Shown in pieces: positions 51,201 through 64,000 of a DNA stretch of 64,000 nucleotides. Under the pieces are notes generated by a model. It saw nothing but the letters and a program-made list of their open reading frames with translations, had not been told where the DNA came from and searched no databases. Source of the stretch: Podarcis liolepis (taxonomy: Eukaryota); the NCBI GenBank assembly GCA_965112155.1, contig OZ218102.1. One strand, 5' to 3'. The translations under genes and the position numbers were made by a program. Positions within the stretch are counted from its first letter, which is position 1. Each line of letters opens with the position of its first letter.

Positions 51201-52145
51201 CTCCTGTATATACCCCCCCCCAATCTGTTTAATGATGGAACTCAATAAATTACAAGGCAAAAATAATAAAATGAAGCTGGGTAGAGTTAGTTTATATTCA
51301 CATATGTTATTTATTTAAAATTTGGATGGTTTTGGAGAACTGCTGACTCTGTGGGTTAAGAAATATTGGTGTCGTTTTAGGAGGGTGGGGAGTCCTTAAT
51401 GCTTTGCATTCACTTGCATTAATTTGACATGCTGAAAGGGAGCCTGCTTTGACTTAACGGTTTGAAATAGACTAACCATCAGTTCTATCAGAAGAGAAAG
51501 TATTTTAGATTTGAGTTATACTTTCTTATTTTAATTGTGTACAGAGCCATGTACATTGATGGCACTGTTTAAATAAATGTTAATGATAATAGAAAAGGTC
51601 TGGGAATGCTACTCCATAGCGTACTTCATAATGCGCTATATGCTACCAACTGTGTGTACCTTTTATGTGCATTCTGTTCAGTGCTTAAATTAATGGAGGG
51701 GTGGTTTGTAAACCCTTTTCCTTTGGGGAGCCCTTTCTACATTGATACATGTGCTGAGGACCCACACACGTCAACCATAGAACCCATGTCATTAAAGGCT
51801 TCTTTTTCTGGCATATACTAGGACACACTCATGGAGTGCATTTGGGCTTGTTGGCCTTCACTGTCTTCTTGCTTAAATGGACACTGTGGCATCGGATCTG
51901 CTCTCTATCCTCTTGTAGGATGCCCCTTGCAAGGGAGAATTCAGTACTGGTGAGCACAGAGTCTTTCAGAGATATTTGTCCCCCTTTCTCATTTTATTAA
52001 GGAATTCCTGATTTCATATGATAAACCCCAAAGTAGTCCAGATAAGAACATAGTTTTGAAAAAGACTATCATTGGGCCGTCTGTAATGCAGGTACTCTTG
52101 AACATTGTTAATATTTGAGGTTTTCTGGTTTTAATTATTCATTAG

Positions 52146-52370
52146 GCACCTTCCCCAACCCGATGCCCTCCATATGTTGAGCTATAACCCCATCATCTGT
52201 AGTATTATATTTATTACTATTGATTAAATTTATATACCGCCCTTCCTCTGAGAATCACAGGATGGTTTACAATATAAAAACACAAAAAATATATAACATA
52301 CAGTAGTAACCAACAAAACAATGACCCCACCATCCCTAACTGTTGGCCATGCTTGCTGAGGCTGATGAAT
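52146..52370. mobile_element. MER5-like hAT MITE split by a short minus-strand L2 3' end (about 52200-52325)
   Basis: MITE halves (gccctccatatgttg...cccatcatc and ccatccctaactgttggccatgct) flank sequence homologous to 17813-17920. Confidence 0.6.
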
Positions 52371-53755
52371 TTTCAGCTGCCTCATCCATATTTGTACCCC
52401 ATTATGGACCATTTAAGCATTTTCATCCTGCTCTGCAACTAAATATTGGTCTCATCCCGCCTTATGAATGCTGTTAAGTAACTGTCTCTGTGCCTCAGGC
52501 TTATGATCAGACTTTTTGCTGCTTTTTTGAGTTGTGAACTTAACCAGTTACATGTTTGTTTCATTTCTGAATCATTTCCCAGGAAACAAACACTGCTGCT
52601 TTTCTGTTGTAAGCTACATGTGGAATTCCAGTTGAATTCTCACACAACCAGAGACATAGCCATCTTAAGTACAAACATATCCACATTTGTTGATGTGACA
52701 TACCCAAGTGGGTAGGGAAGGGACAATTCTGAGCATGTTGTTTTAAAATAATTTTTCCCTGAACGGTTTAGTTTTATTTCAGTCCTCTTGCTACGTTAAT
52801 AGACTTTTAAAAATCAGCTGTAAGCTACAGAAACAACAACACAATGAGACTTTGGGAGGGCTCTGATCTGATTTGTTAAAGGGGGGTGTTATTAAGATGG
52901 CGCTTTGACTCTCCAGAATCATCCCAATTCAACATTATTGAGCCCCCCGAGCTGATGCTCTCTCCTACTCTTCTCCCATTTTCGGGGGGGGGGGTGCAAA
53001 ATACAACTGAATGTGAACATTTGTGTTGAATAATGAGGCACCAATGCCAACCAATGGACAACCTTCTGAATTTCAAGGATGAAAGCCAATTTGACACCCG
53101 ATTCAAGGAGGCCAGGAAAAATATAAAACACAATTCCATGTGCCCTCTTCCTTGGGGAGGAAGACATTGAAATGAGATTTTTGCTCATTCACACAGTCAG
53201 GATACCATTCTGTGTTTCATGTTTGAACTCCCCACGGACCCATACAGTCTATGTTCAAGGGAGCTGGGACAAATGCAAAATGCCCTTCAGTGCAATGTAT
53301 GACTTGAAGAATAAGAGACTACAGCCATATTTGATATACTTGACTGTGTCGTTTCAAGACATAATTTTCATTGGCAGTTGGGATACTTGCTTGGCCACCC
53401 ACCCCACCTGTACACACACATCTGTTTTACTGGGGGCAAAGATGAAAGATGCAAACAAGATTAAAAAGTGAAACAAGACCTTTCAGACCCTGCATTTTAC
53501 TAGTGCTCATTTGATTTATTGACAGTAGTCATCTGTTCCACTGGGAAGCTGAATGCTTTCATTATTAAACTATATTTAGAGCAGGATACTTTGGAGACTG
53601 AAGTGGTCAGTGATGCTTGGCCTTAGCATGATGACAGATGATTTACCAGTGGATGAAAAGCATGTTTCATCAGCTGGGTTCATCATTGCTTTTATAACGT
53701 ACTGCTAGCCTAGCAGATTTTTCCAGGGAACATAAAGCAAAATAAAGCTCTAGAG

Positions 53756-53882
53756 CAGAAATTAGGTGCCTGTGGCCCTCCAGATGGGTTGGGCTACAAA
53801 CCCTGCCATCAGTCTTGATAGGCCATGCTGTCTGGGGCTGATGGGAGCCTGACATTCGAAGAGCCACAGGTTCCCCTTCCTT
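53756..53882. mobile_element. hAT-Charlie (MER5-like) MITE
   Basis: 8-bp TSD ctctagag / ctctaggg; core tggccctccagatg...ggccatgct...gctgatgggag. Confidence 0.7.
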
Positions 53883-53909
53883 CTCTAGGGACAGTGATGG
53901 ATCCTTCTA

Positions 53910-54290
53910 CTCTTCCATATAAACCCACCCAGACCCTACAATTACCATCTGAGGCACTTCTTCATGTGCCACCTCTTTGGGATGTCCAGAGGTCAGCAAT
54001 GTAAGAACAGGCCTTTCCAGCGGTAGCTCCCCTCTTGTGGAATGCTCACCCCAGGGAGGCTCACCTGGCACCTTCATTACATATATTTAGGCACCAAGCA
54101 AAAACATTCCTCTTCTCCCAGGCCTTTGGCTAACTAAACAATCTCTGGCCTTTTAAATTGTGTATGGTGGGGATGGGGATATTGCTTTTGTTTGTTATTA
54201 CGGTATGTATTTTGTTTTTACATTGTAAAATATAAAAAAGGGTTTTCGGATGAAGGGCTCTACAGAAATTTAATAAATAAATAAATAATA
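53910..54290 (+). mobile_element. L2 LINE 3' end
   Basis: 54005-54133 translates to EQAFPAVAPLLWNAHPREAHLAPSLHIFRHQAKTFLFSQAFG*, the characteristic L2 ORF2 C-terminus, followed by a (TAAA)n tail. Confidence 0.85.
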
Positions 54291-55086
54291 TTTCACATCA
54301 GAGAATGTTGGCTGCGGCAATGTCATGACAGTCCCTGAAGCCTATCCTGTCCGGAAAGGTGACAGTAGGGAGGTCCCTCCTCGCCTCTGAATTCCAGGCA
54401 CATGAGGAATCCTCTCCAGGTTTTTCCTCAGTGTGTGACCTGCATGCTAGAGATTCGCAAACAATTACTATTCTTATCAAAAGGGTTAGTTTTAGTGCTT
54501 GCTTCCTACATTCCTCATGAAGTAATATATTCAGCATTTGAAACCAGTGGGATACATTTTCTTGACATATTTTTTCTTGCCCCAGTCAGTGACATGTGTT
54601 CTGCCCTTCACAAAGAACATGACAAAATGCCTTCGATACACATAATACTCATTATAGCCAAACATACTGAGTATGATGTGGGGTGGGGAGAACCTTTTAA
54701 AAATGTTGTATACCTTTTCTGCTTAGCCTGCACCTTAATATTGACAAAAAAGTCCCGCTTTGGCCTCCCAAGTATTTTGTGTCATCCCCTTTTGGTTGTG
54801 GCCTTTTTGGCACATGTTTCTTGTTTTCCCAAAGGCTGTTGCTGCTCATTTTCATTTTATTTTTGCCCAGCACCCATTCTCTGGAGATCGTCCCAGCTGT
54901 GTCTGCACTATGGGTGATATCAGCATTGTCATGCTGTCCACATGCATTATAGCTAGGTGGGTGACACCTAGTCACGTACACTTCACAATTCAGCCAAATG
55001 TATTGAATGCCTTACATTCCATAGTTCATCTAAAACACAGGGACCTGAAATTGCATGCCTGGCCTTGTTAGCTTCAAAGTTACTTT

Positions 55087-55089
<3 letters not shown>

Positions 55090-55140
<51 letters not shown>
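55090..55140. repeat. (TA)25 microsatellite
   Basis: Directly visible. Confidence 0.97.
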
Positions 55141-55142
<2 letters not shown>

Positions 55143-57355
55143 TTTCATGGTTTGGGGCATGCCATTAGCATTTGTTTCCTTTTTAGTCCTCATATTTCCT
55201 TAATAAAATGGCTTTGAGGCCCGAGGGGGTGACCTTTTCCTTTGTGTTCCCATCAACAAAATTTCATGTAGTCACTTTAAAAACTACATATGTAGCTTTT
55301 TCCTGTTCACATTCCACATCTTGTTCTCTCTACTGTTGCTGTCGTTCATTGGCTTTGTTCTGCCTGTTTGCTTGCCAAGGTCTGTGCTGTGAATGCTCTT
55401 TCCTTCGTTCCAAGAGGCCATCACTGCACAGCAAAGTTTAAATAAACAGCTCATTTTATTAGACAGAGATTTATGGCTTTCAAGGGTTTTGTTGTTGCAA
55501 TAACTGACTGGCTGGTTTTGCTGCTTGTCTAATCAGCCAGTACAGGGACACAATTTGCAAAACCTTTCTCCCCAAAATTGTTACGTTTGGTCGGGTTGTT
55601 TGCCTCTTTTTCCTCAGCTCAGCATCACCAGGAGATACACACACACAATATTGTTCTGCTTTTGTAAGAGACAGGCAATATAGCATTTATGATGAAGACA
55701 TCCCTTCAAATTACATAATTTAAAAATGTAACAAATTAAACCGGGGACTATGATTAATCACAACAGTTGCAACTAAGCTGAAATGACATGCATTAGTTAG
55801 TGTTTTAAAATATATATAGATTTCAAAAACAGGTCATTAATTAATGTAAACCAACGTAGGTAACACTCCCCACTCATGAGTTCAAAGCACAACACTTTGT
55901 CTCTAGAAAGAAGAGATGGAAATTTCAAAAAGCCTTTGAACTCCACTTGTACCCCTCAGTTTCATTTGCCTCACTCCCAAAGCTGACAGCAGGAATAAAA
56001 TTTCATTATATTCACATTGGAATATGGTTTTTTAAATGGCAAAGCCCCAACACCTAGTGACAGTGGTAGGCTTGCTGTTTGGGTGACATCATAATTGGGA
56101 AGCCACACTTCAGAGCACAACAAGTCTGACCAAAATTTGTCAGCTTGCAGGCTTTCCAGGGAGGATGGATGATTTCATCCTACCAATGTTGCGATCACTC
56201 ACACCTTTCCCACACATTCAGCAGCATTTCAAAGATGTCCTCTGGTGCTACTGGCAACTTCTGATAGTAAGCCCCAGTGCATCCCACGTTGCAGTATCTA
56301 AGATATGAATTATAGGGCTGGCTGTGTAGTCTTTGTCAAGCTTTGGTGTCCAACTTGGGAAACTTCATACAGTATTGATTTCCTGTGGGGGAGCATCCGT
56401 GTTTACTGTGGGTTAAGGGTTGGGCACTTGGGTAGGGAGAAGACTTACAGTAAATGGTCATAGGGCTTATTGTTGCCGACTGGCACATCCACCACTCCTT
56501 GATGAGCCAGACCTTCAAGCATCTTTTCACTCTGAGCATCAGTTCCTCCATATATTAGGAAGACACTCTTCTGACCATGGGTTCTCTCTCTCACACACTT
56601 CCCTCCTCCAGATTCCTCAAGAGTCATTTTCCCCTCCTCTCCCACTGGAAAGGATCTGTTCCCCTTTCTTCTCATCACCCCTGACTGGGCACTCTACCTT
56701 ACCTCTACTCCAGCATCTGGATCTCTCTCTGGCTTCCCTGGTGTGGTGTTATCTACTACATACTCTGCTTTGCCTTCAGGCCGCTTTTTTCACTGGCAAA
56801 ACACATGTTCAAAGCAGGGTGAGGAGGCCATGGGCGGGAGATGAATGTAACCACATTTGTATTAAACCTGTTTATAAAACAACGTGCAATTACAGTTTTA
56901 AGGAATAACAACAATTAGCAGAACAAAAATTGAATTATGGTATTGTCTCTTGATTTGAAATATGCTTAACCTTAATTTATCCAGCACCAAATCTCTCTGC
57001 AACCAGTTTAAGAACTGCCCTATGTCCCCTGCCTCAGGGTGCCAACACTGGCCCTAGCAGGACTCTGGTTCAGAGGATGCGCCAACTACCTCCTCCTACA
57101 CCGAGGATGATTTCCCTGCAGCCTTTCCTGCTCCACAGCCACACAGGAGCATGCAGCTACAGAACAGGCCACAGATCCTTTAAATATTGCAAGCAGCTCA
57201 TGGGGGGAGGGGACAGAACCACAGGAAGATCAAGTCCTGCCAGGTTCTTAAAGGCTTCAGGTGACTTTATACCTTTGCTGAAGCAACTTCCCCAACTCAG
57301 CTAGTAGGCCTACAGGTGGTTGACCAGAACTGCCTGGTCTCACCTCAGACTGGTT

Positions 57356-57577
57356 CTCAATGGCTTTTAGCCATGATGGCTATATTCTATGTCCTGTATT
57401 GGAGGCACTATGACCTTGCATATCAGTTGCTAGGAACTGCAGGTAGGGAGAATGCTGCAGCAGCCAGGTCCTGCTCTTGGACTTCCCTTAGACACCTGGT
57501 TGGCATCAGCGAGAACAAGATGCTAGCCTGGATGGGCCATTGGCCTAATCTAGCAAGACTCTTCTCGTGTTGTTATA
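57356..57577 (+). mobile_element. CR1 LINE 3' UTR
   Basis: Homologous to the 3' UTRs at 26635-26830 and 29040-29250. Confidence 0.7.
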
Positions 57578-58737
57578 ACTGCATCTGAAGCAGAGCCCTG
57601 AACTCAGCTAGCCAGATCACACAGACAGGAATTGGGTTGATGTATAAATGGACTGGTAATCAAATACAATAGCATACAGAAATGCTTATTTCATTGGCAA
57701 AAACACATAAGAAATTGATGTTGGCATTTGCATGTGGATCCATTCTGCCATGGAGCCACTGTGAGGTAGACAATATAATTTTGTTGTAGTTCAAGGGAAA
57801 TTTGAGAGCATCTGTAGCTGTCCTTGGTAAACATGGAGCACTGGAGTATATATTGTCTGCGAATTTTTAAGGTTACTATAAAAATGTATATGCAGGACTT
57901 ATAATTATGTTCTTTAAGACGACTTAGACTTTCAAATGGAACAGGGGGGGAGATTTATTCAATAACAACAAGAAAAAAAGAAAAACTTGAATGTAAGGAA
58001 ATAGGTTAACACGTATTGGACTGTTAATTCACACTTTCTGAGCATTCCACAGTGAAACACAGACAATATCATTGCCAGTTAACTGCCTATTTTTTTTACA
58101 GTATCCCTTCCATTATCTTTGTTTCCTATGGCTGCTGCTCCTTGCTGAGGGGAAAATGAAAAGAAGAACATCAGAGAATAATCTGTTCTATGTTATGCCA
58201 GTAGTTCAAAAAGACACAGTTTGACTGTCAGTTTAAGCAGTGGCATCAGTACAATAGAAAAACTAAAATGTGGGTACTGAAGGAAACCGAAAGAAGGAAA
58301 ACTGTGCTTTGGAAACTTGAATTGGAAGAAGTCAGTGACTTACAGATTTTAGGTTAAACATTGTAGGGGGCAATTGGGGATTCCAGTCACTTTCTTCCAA
58401 ACCAGGGAGAAGAAAGGAATCCATTAATGTTTTCATACCATTTTGCTGTTCTTAGACTTTGAGCTTTAAGGACATGATGTCTACATTGTCAGCCATCTAA
58501 CCCCTACCCAGTGCATGGGATCCTGAAGTATGTTCTACAGTGAGACATAGATATTGTCCCTTGAGCCTTATTCTTCTCTAGTTTGGACTGAGTGCATGCT
58601 GCAAAACATGCATTCAACTCCCTTATAGCGGCAAATTGCGGGAGAGAGAATCAGTTGGTTGTGGTATGGAAGCCTTTTGTGATCTTCATTGATAAACTTC
58701 CAATGGAACCTGGGATTCCTTGGAACACAGTTGATAA

Positions 58738-58761
58738 ACTACTACTACTACTACTACTACT
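58738..58761. repeat. (ACT)8 microsatellite
   Basis: Directly visible. Confidence 0.93.
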
Positions 58762-58850
58762 GTTGGGAATGCAGTGTTGCATCTGGAGTTGAGATTCAGA
58801 TCCATATTCAGTCAAGGAGCTTGGTGGAAGGCTGACCAGGTAACTGTAAT

Positions 58851-59091
58851 TTGTGCAATGCTCTCTCCAGGGAGGCTCACCTGGCGCCTTCATTACAGGT
58901 ATTTAGGTGCCAGACAAAAACAGTTTTCTATAACCAGGGCTTTGGCTGATTAACACTATGACCTTTTAAATGTGTTTGTGGGAGGGAGGTTAATGGTTTT
59001 TTTTATGTATTTTGTTTTCTCATTTTGTATTTTTTATGCTGTGAACCACCCTGTGGTCTTCGGATGAAGGGTGATATAATGATGATGATGT
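58851..59091 (+). mobile_element. L2 LINE 3' end
   Basis: Homologous to 54035-54290 (cagggaggctcacctggc); (GAT)n tail. Confidence 0.8.
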
Positions 59092-59859
59092 AATTCTGCC
59101 TTATTTTAATCTACGCAAAAGGTACATAAATTACTGAGCTCAGAGTTACAAACTTTGTACATTGCAGGAGCTTAGGAATTTATAAATAATGAAAGTCTCT
59201 ATTCAGGACCCATCTTTTGGTAGGCCCATCCACAAAAACATTGACCTCGCACCAAAGCCATAATACAATAGAGTACACCTCATAGGACTCAGTGCTTAAT
59301 CCTGAACCGGATACCTGAAGGAATTTAGCCAAAAGGGATTCAGCTTGTGTGCCACAATTTGACTCTGATGAAAGGAGGATACAGCAGGGAAGTTAGCTGT
59401 GGTAAAACATAAGCCTCATCAAGGATACGCCAGGGCATTCTGTGTTACCCTAGTAAGGGCTTTCAGGTAGAGCTTGCTCACTTACCTGTCTGAGCACCTA
59501 GGAAGCAGTTATTGCTCTTCCTTGTATGGGCTACAACATTCACATTTCCCCCTCATCCATTTCCTTGTGAATGATACAGGGACATTCACTATACAGTGGG
59601 TATGCTCAGATTATAGCACATGTGGGGTTCTAGTGCATATTATACTTTGGCAAACTGCTTATGCAAAATACTAGGAGTAGTTTATATTGTGCCTCCTGTA
59701 TCGTACACATTACACAAAGAAACAAAATGCCAGGATATACTGCGTGCAAAACGTTAAGCTCTGAAAAGTTACGGCCTTTGAGGCAGAAGCGCTTTACTCT
59801 CATGTGAGCCAGTGTGATGTTGGGTCTTAGCTCACCTTTAGCTGCAGCCAAGCAAATAA

Positions 59860-60047
59860 NNNNNNNNNNNNNNNNNNNNNNNNNNNNNNNNNNNNNNNNN
59901 NNNNNNNNNNNNNNNNNNNNNNNNNNNNNNNNNNNNNNNNNNNNNNNNNNNNNNNNNNNNNNNNNNNNNNNNNNNNNNNNNNNNNNNNNNNNNNNNNNNN
60001 NNNNNNNNNNNNNNNNNNNNNNNNNNNNNNNNNNNNNNNNNNNNNNN
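59860..60047. other. Assembly gap (188 N)
   Basis: Run of N. Confidence 0.99.
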
Positions 60048-60589
60048 ATTTAGATGATTGGACTTTCAGGGCAGTGATGTATGACCGTTATTATTCTACT
60101 TGTCAGGGAGCTGCATACGAGCGAGGATGGTCAGAAGATGGCAAGGATGAAGGGTTGTGTTTCATTAAAAAAAAAAATATTGCTGTTAATCACCACTCCA
60201 TTCTTTTCAAAGTCACTGAGAAAAGAAACTCCTTTTCATTTTAGCCCTGGGAGAGAATTCAGACACAGGGGTTTTTCAAAGCCAGTGGCACTGCAAGTCA
60301 TCTAGTTTGGTGAACTTGGATCAGGACCGCTATTTATTTTTTAAACTGAGATGCGGGGAGTTGTTTAACGCCAAGAATCCGTATCCGTGTCAAGTACCAT
60401 CTTAAAGAATTATGGATTTGTGTTTGTGGGTGAAGGTTTGAATTGGGAAGGGTACCTGTCAGGCATAGATCTCCTGCCATGTTGCAGGGGGAGGGACAGG
60501 TTGTTGGGACTAAGAAAGGTTGGGGAGTGGGGCAAAGTCAACGTGAGAAGGAGCAGAAATCAAGCGGAGCAAGGCAAAGCATAATACTG

Positions 60590-60765
60590 CAGCATGGAAT
60601 AAACCTTGCAAAACTGATGAGCCGTAGGTTCAGGGCAGATGAAAGAAAGTACTTTACATAATGCAAACTTAACTGATGTAAATCACTGTCGCAAGATGGT
60701 GTGGTGCAGACTAGCTTAGATGGACTGAAAGGGATCCAAGAACTTCATGTTTGCCAATTGATATC
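60590..60765 (+). mobile_element. Degraded CR1 ORF2 C-terminal fragment
   Basis: Encodes KLMSRRFRADERKYF, followed by ctagcttagatgg. Confidence 0.6.
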
Positions 60766-60904
60766 AACATGGTGCACAAAATCTACATGGTGCACCATGC
60801 ATGCAAATAAACACACATGGACACATCAATGATCTTTAACCAAAAGGATCTGCATGTCAAGGCCCCGATCCCCCCCCCATGTGTTGACTAATAAAACACA
60901 TGGA

Positions 60905-61489
60905 CACCAGTATTTTTGGTTAAGGGGATGATTAAGGCCACAACTTTATTGGTTACAGAATGTGAGTGGTACTGGCTTAGGCACTGGTATTGAACTGACT
61001 ATATCTGACTCCTGCCCACCATACAGGTAGTCCAGTAAGGGTCAACCACCAGTAGGGGGAACCCTGTTGATGTACATCAACTGAGAGCTCCCCCAGGGTC
61101 CCTGATGGGGTCGTGGCATGGCCCTAGCCCATACCCAGGCTTTGGACAAGATCCACACCCCCGGATCCCTTTAATGGAATACCCTTAAAGAGGAGGGGCA
61201 GGTGATGGCCACAACCTCCCCTCCCATAAACCAGGTTTTACCAGTGCCTAACCGCCAAACCGTACAAAGTTGTGACGATTGCTTTGAGGTTGGCGAAAAC
61301 CACACGGCTGGTGCCAATTTGCCAAGTGGAAAAATTCCTACCAGGCCCCCTCAGCAGGTGACCAACCGTATTCCATAGCAAGGCCAATATAGCAAACCCA
61401 TAATAAAAGGGCAGGAGGGTGGGAGATCCAGAGAAGCCAGGAAGCCAGAGGAAGAACCCCTGGCTGTGCAGCTGTTTAAATACTGCAAG

Positions 61490-61490
<1 letters not shown>
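60905..61490 (-). mobile_element. Retroelement terminal repeat (DIRS/Ngaro-like or LTR)
   Basis: Minus strand: TATTTAAA, pyrimidine-rich ctcccaccctcctgccc, GC-rich body, then AATAAAGTTGTGGCC. Compositionally distinct from its flanks. Family assignment is from memory only. Confidence 0.5.

Positions 61491-61523
<33 letters not shown>
61491..61523. repeat. (CA)16 microsatellite
   Basis: Directly visible. Confidence 0.96.
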
Positions 61524-61525
<2 letters not shown>

Positions 61526-61852
61526 GCCCGCCGGCCGACCTGGCTGCAGCTCTCTGTTTGTGCCGTGGTGTTGTGATGTGTGAACTAGTGTGATCCCAAA
61601 ATGGATCAAGGGGAGAAGAAATTGGGGTGGATCCTGGCTTTTGTTAATAGATTGTCTAAGCCCAGAGGTGTATTTTTAATGATTCAATTTAAATATGTAA
61701 TGATGTTCCAGCCTACTAGCTTAAAAGCTATATTTTGCCTAAATGTTTAAACAGTTTCAATAAACAAGAATGGAGCACCAATTGGTATTGGTGGGCTAAA
61801 CTATTTCTACTTGCACTGATTTGACTAGACACTTGTATTACTTGATACATTT

Positions 61853-62385
61853 ATAGAATAGTAACTCACAGAACTGTAGAGTTGGAAAGTACCCTGAGGA
61901 TTATCTAGTCCAGTGATAGCCAAACTTGGCCCTCCAGCTCTTTTGGAACTACAACTCCCATCATCCCTACCTAACAGGACCAGTGGTCAGGGGTGATGGG
62001 AATTGTAGTCCCAAAACAGCTGGAGGGACAACTTTGGCCATCACTGATCTAGTCCAACCCCCTGCAATGCAGGAATCTCAGCAAAAGTAGCTAAGCCTGT
62101 GCAGAGCTTGTCTGAGGCCCAGGGCAGAAGTCTTGTTAAGATAAAGTCATAAACTAAAACAGAGTAAGTCTGGCAGGCCGTTGGTGCCCCCCCCCCCCCC
62201 AGTTTAATCCTCCGAGGCCCAGGGTAAGTAGACCCAGCTGCTCTCCCATGGGCCTGAAAGCATCTGTGACCCATGGCCATCCAACCTCTGCTTAAAGGCC
62301 TCCAATGAAGAAGAGTCCACCACCACCTTCTGAGGGAGTCTGCTCCACTGTCGAGCAGTTCTTACAGTACAAGCCCATTCTGATA
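61853..62385 (-). mobile_element. CR1 LINE 3' end carrying nested insertions
   Basis: Minus ORF VRTARQWSRLPQKVVVDSSSLEAFKQRLDGH is a CR1 ORF2 C-terminus; terminus atagaat...gagttggaa. Interrupted at 61911-62046 and about 62100-62260. Confidence 0.8.
61911..62046. mobile_element. hAT-Charlie (MER5-like) MITE, intact, 136 bp
   Basis: TIRs cagtgatagccaaac / ctttggccatcactg, perfect TSD atctagtc (61903-61910, 62047-62054), and a palindromic body. Confidence 0.92.
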
Positions 62386-64000
62386 TTTCCACTTACTCCC
62401 ACCTCACAAAATTGTATTTTCTTCTTGTAAATTTGCCATAGGATGTCATAACAGCTGGAAACATGTACATCGACAAAGCATGGTTTCATGTTTAAACAGC
62501 TTTAAATATGTGCAAATGCAGTATATTTCTTTATGTCAGTGTAAGCTGTTCTTATTTTGTTTCATGCCACACTGACAATGCTTTGCAATATAAATTAAGG
62601 AAAATAATTTATAGTATCATTTAGTTTAAAAACTGTGGCATGTTTTATCTGTTCACTGGACTTTTAAAAAATGCTTATTCTATTTGCAGTTCTGTATGGT
62701 GAAAATATTTAATATACAAGGGGAGCTTGGGTTATTATATAAAGGAGCTTATTGTTCATTTAGGGAGTAGAACATTTTAATTGGAAGTACATCTCTCATA
62801 AGGAACTGGCCTTAGAAGTCTTTAAATCTTCATGCTTAAGTAACTGACTGAGATATAACAGCCTTGAAGCAGAAAAAGCCTATCATATCACTTTTGAGCG
62901 TACACATTAAGGTGGCAATTTATTATATGAAATTAGCAGCAGCATCTTTTCAAGACTGGCTGGTGATACGAATGGCTCCTTTGGCACAAACAATGGGAAG
63001 AGTACAGCTTCAAGCCAGTTCATTCTAGAATAGTGATAGGCAACATCTTGTTCTCTGACTATTGCATCATAATTAGAACATGATATGCAGGGTCACTGCC
63101 TATTTGTGTGCCATACAGTCTACTCAGAAGGAATGGGGTGTTCCCCATCAGACCTTTTGACAGACAGGCAGTAGGAGGCCTATGGAACGGTCAGCCTAGT
63201 TTAAAAACTAAGTGCCTAGTCTCCTCCCATTGCCCATTCAACAGAGCAGTGCCTACTGATGTAGAGGTGTCAGCTTCCAGTTGAAACCTCTTGTTTGGGT
63301 ACGTGCAACTGCCCTCCATTCCAGCCTGGTCCTGGCAGTGACACACCTAAGATGTGTGTTGAAAATACTGAACCATAGTGTTCCTCAAAAAACGCTAGAG
63401 TGATGTGATATATTTCATTGATATCATTTCCCCCCAAAATCTCCTTTAGGTAGGTGATGATGAAATTAAGTTAGTTTCCCATAGGAATCCATCTAAGAGA
63501 TAGCATATCTTGCTCACTTATTTGGATTTAGCAGACAGCTTTGGGAGGCTTTGGAGCTGGGGAAAGAAATAGAAAAATACAGTTACCACAATGTGGCTTA
63601 GGAAAAGAAATATAGCAATGAATCTTTCCAAGGTACAAATACTTGAATGGTTATGCAAAAGCCAAAGTTACTAGCCCATTAAATATTTGATATGTCCTTT
63701 TACATCAGGAAAGAAGATTGATCCCTTCCAGTCAAATGGGGCCTTGACATGAGTGATCCGTCTCCTCCATTAGTGTGACACCTTGCTCTTTGTTAACAGT
63801 TATTGGTGTTGATAGGCGCACTCTGCACAGAGAGCCAAATGAGGCTGTTTTGATCCCTTGTTCTTTTATTTCTATCCCTTTCCCCTGTTTTCTGTCACTG
63901 TGTCATGTCAAATCACTGTGTGGTGGCAGATGTGGGACCCCTAAAGTACTTGGAGGGAGGTATCAGGCGTCACAGAGCTGCAATGAAATGAATATAATAA

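Noticed and set aside
54402-54917. 171-aa ORF (also 56420-56908, 16073-16492, 12285-12668, 1698-2075)
   Set aside because: Leu/Phe/Cys-rich composition typical of random AT-rich DNA, no recognisable domain and no convincing splice boundaries.
56500-56560. BovB/RTE fragment (MEELMLRVK resembling LEGLMLKLK)
   Set aside because: The similarity is too short and does not extend on either side.
59814-60053. 79-aa ORF
   Set aside because: Artefact of translating through the N gap.

Overview
Vertebrate nuclear DNA, almost certainly from a squamate and probably a lacertid lizard, because it carries Sauria/Squam1 SINEs and (CTT)n-tailed Squam3-type SINEs. The window is non-coding and looks like a very large intron or an intergenic region. 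No ORF in the track is a credible gene: the longest ones come from a 48-bp minisatellite or from LINE remnants. It is filled with short transposon relics: tRNA-derived SINEs, 3' ends of L2 and CR1 LINEs, Tigger/pogo-like and Tc2-like MITEs with TA target-site duplications (TSDs), hAT MITEs with 8-bp TSDs, and solo LTRs, several of them nested. There are also microsatellites and a 188-N assembly gap. A few + strand splice-site pairs (best: 8007-8091) suggest small exons of an unidentified host gene. The most interesting element is a 219-bp Penelope-like insertion (14496-14714, 14-bp TSD) inside a MITE. It forms an 88-bp inverted repeat, and its right arm carries an intact minimal type I hammerhead ribozyme core (14587-14624) that would be base-paired by its own antisense arm. 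Family names are from pattern recognition only; no database search was run.
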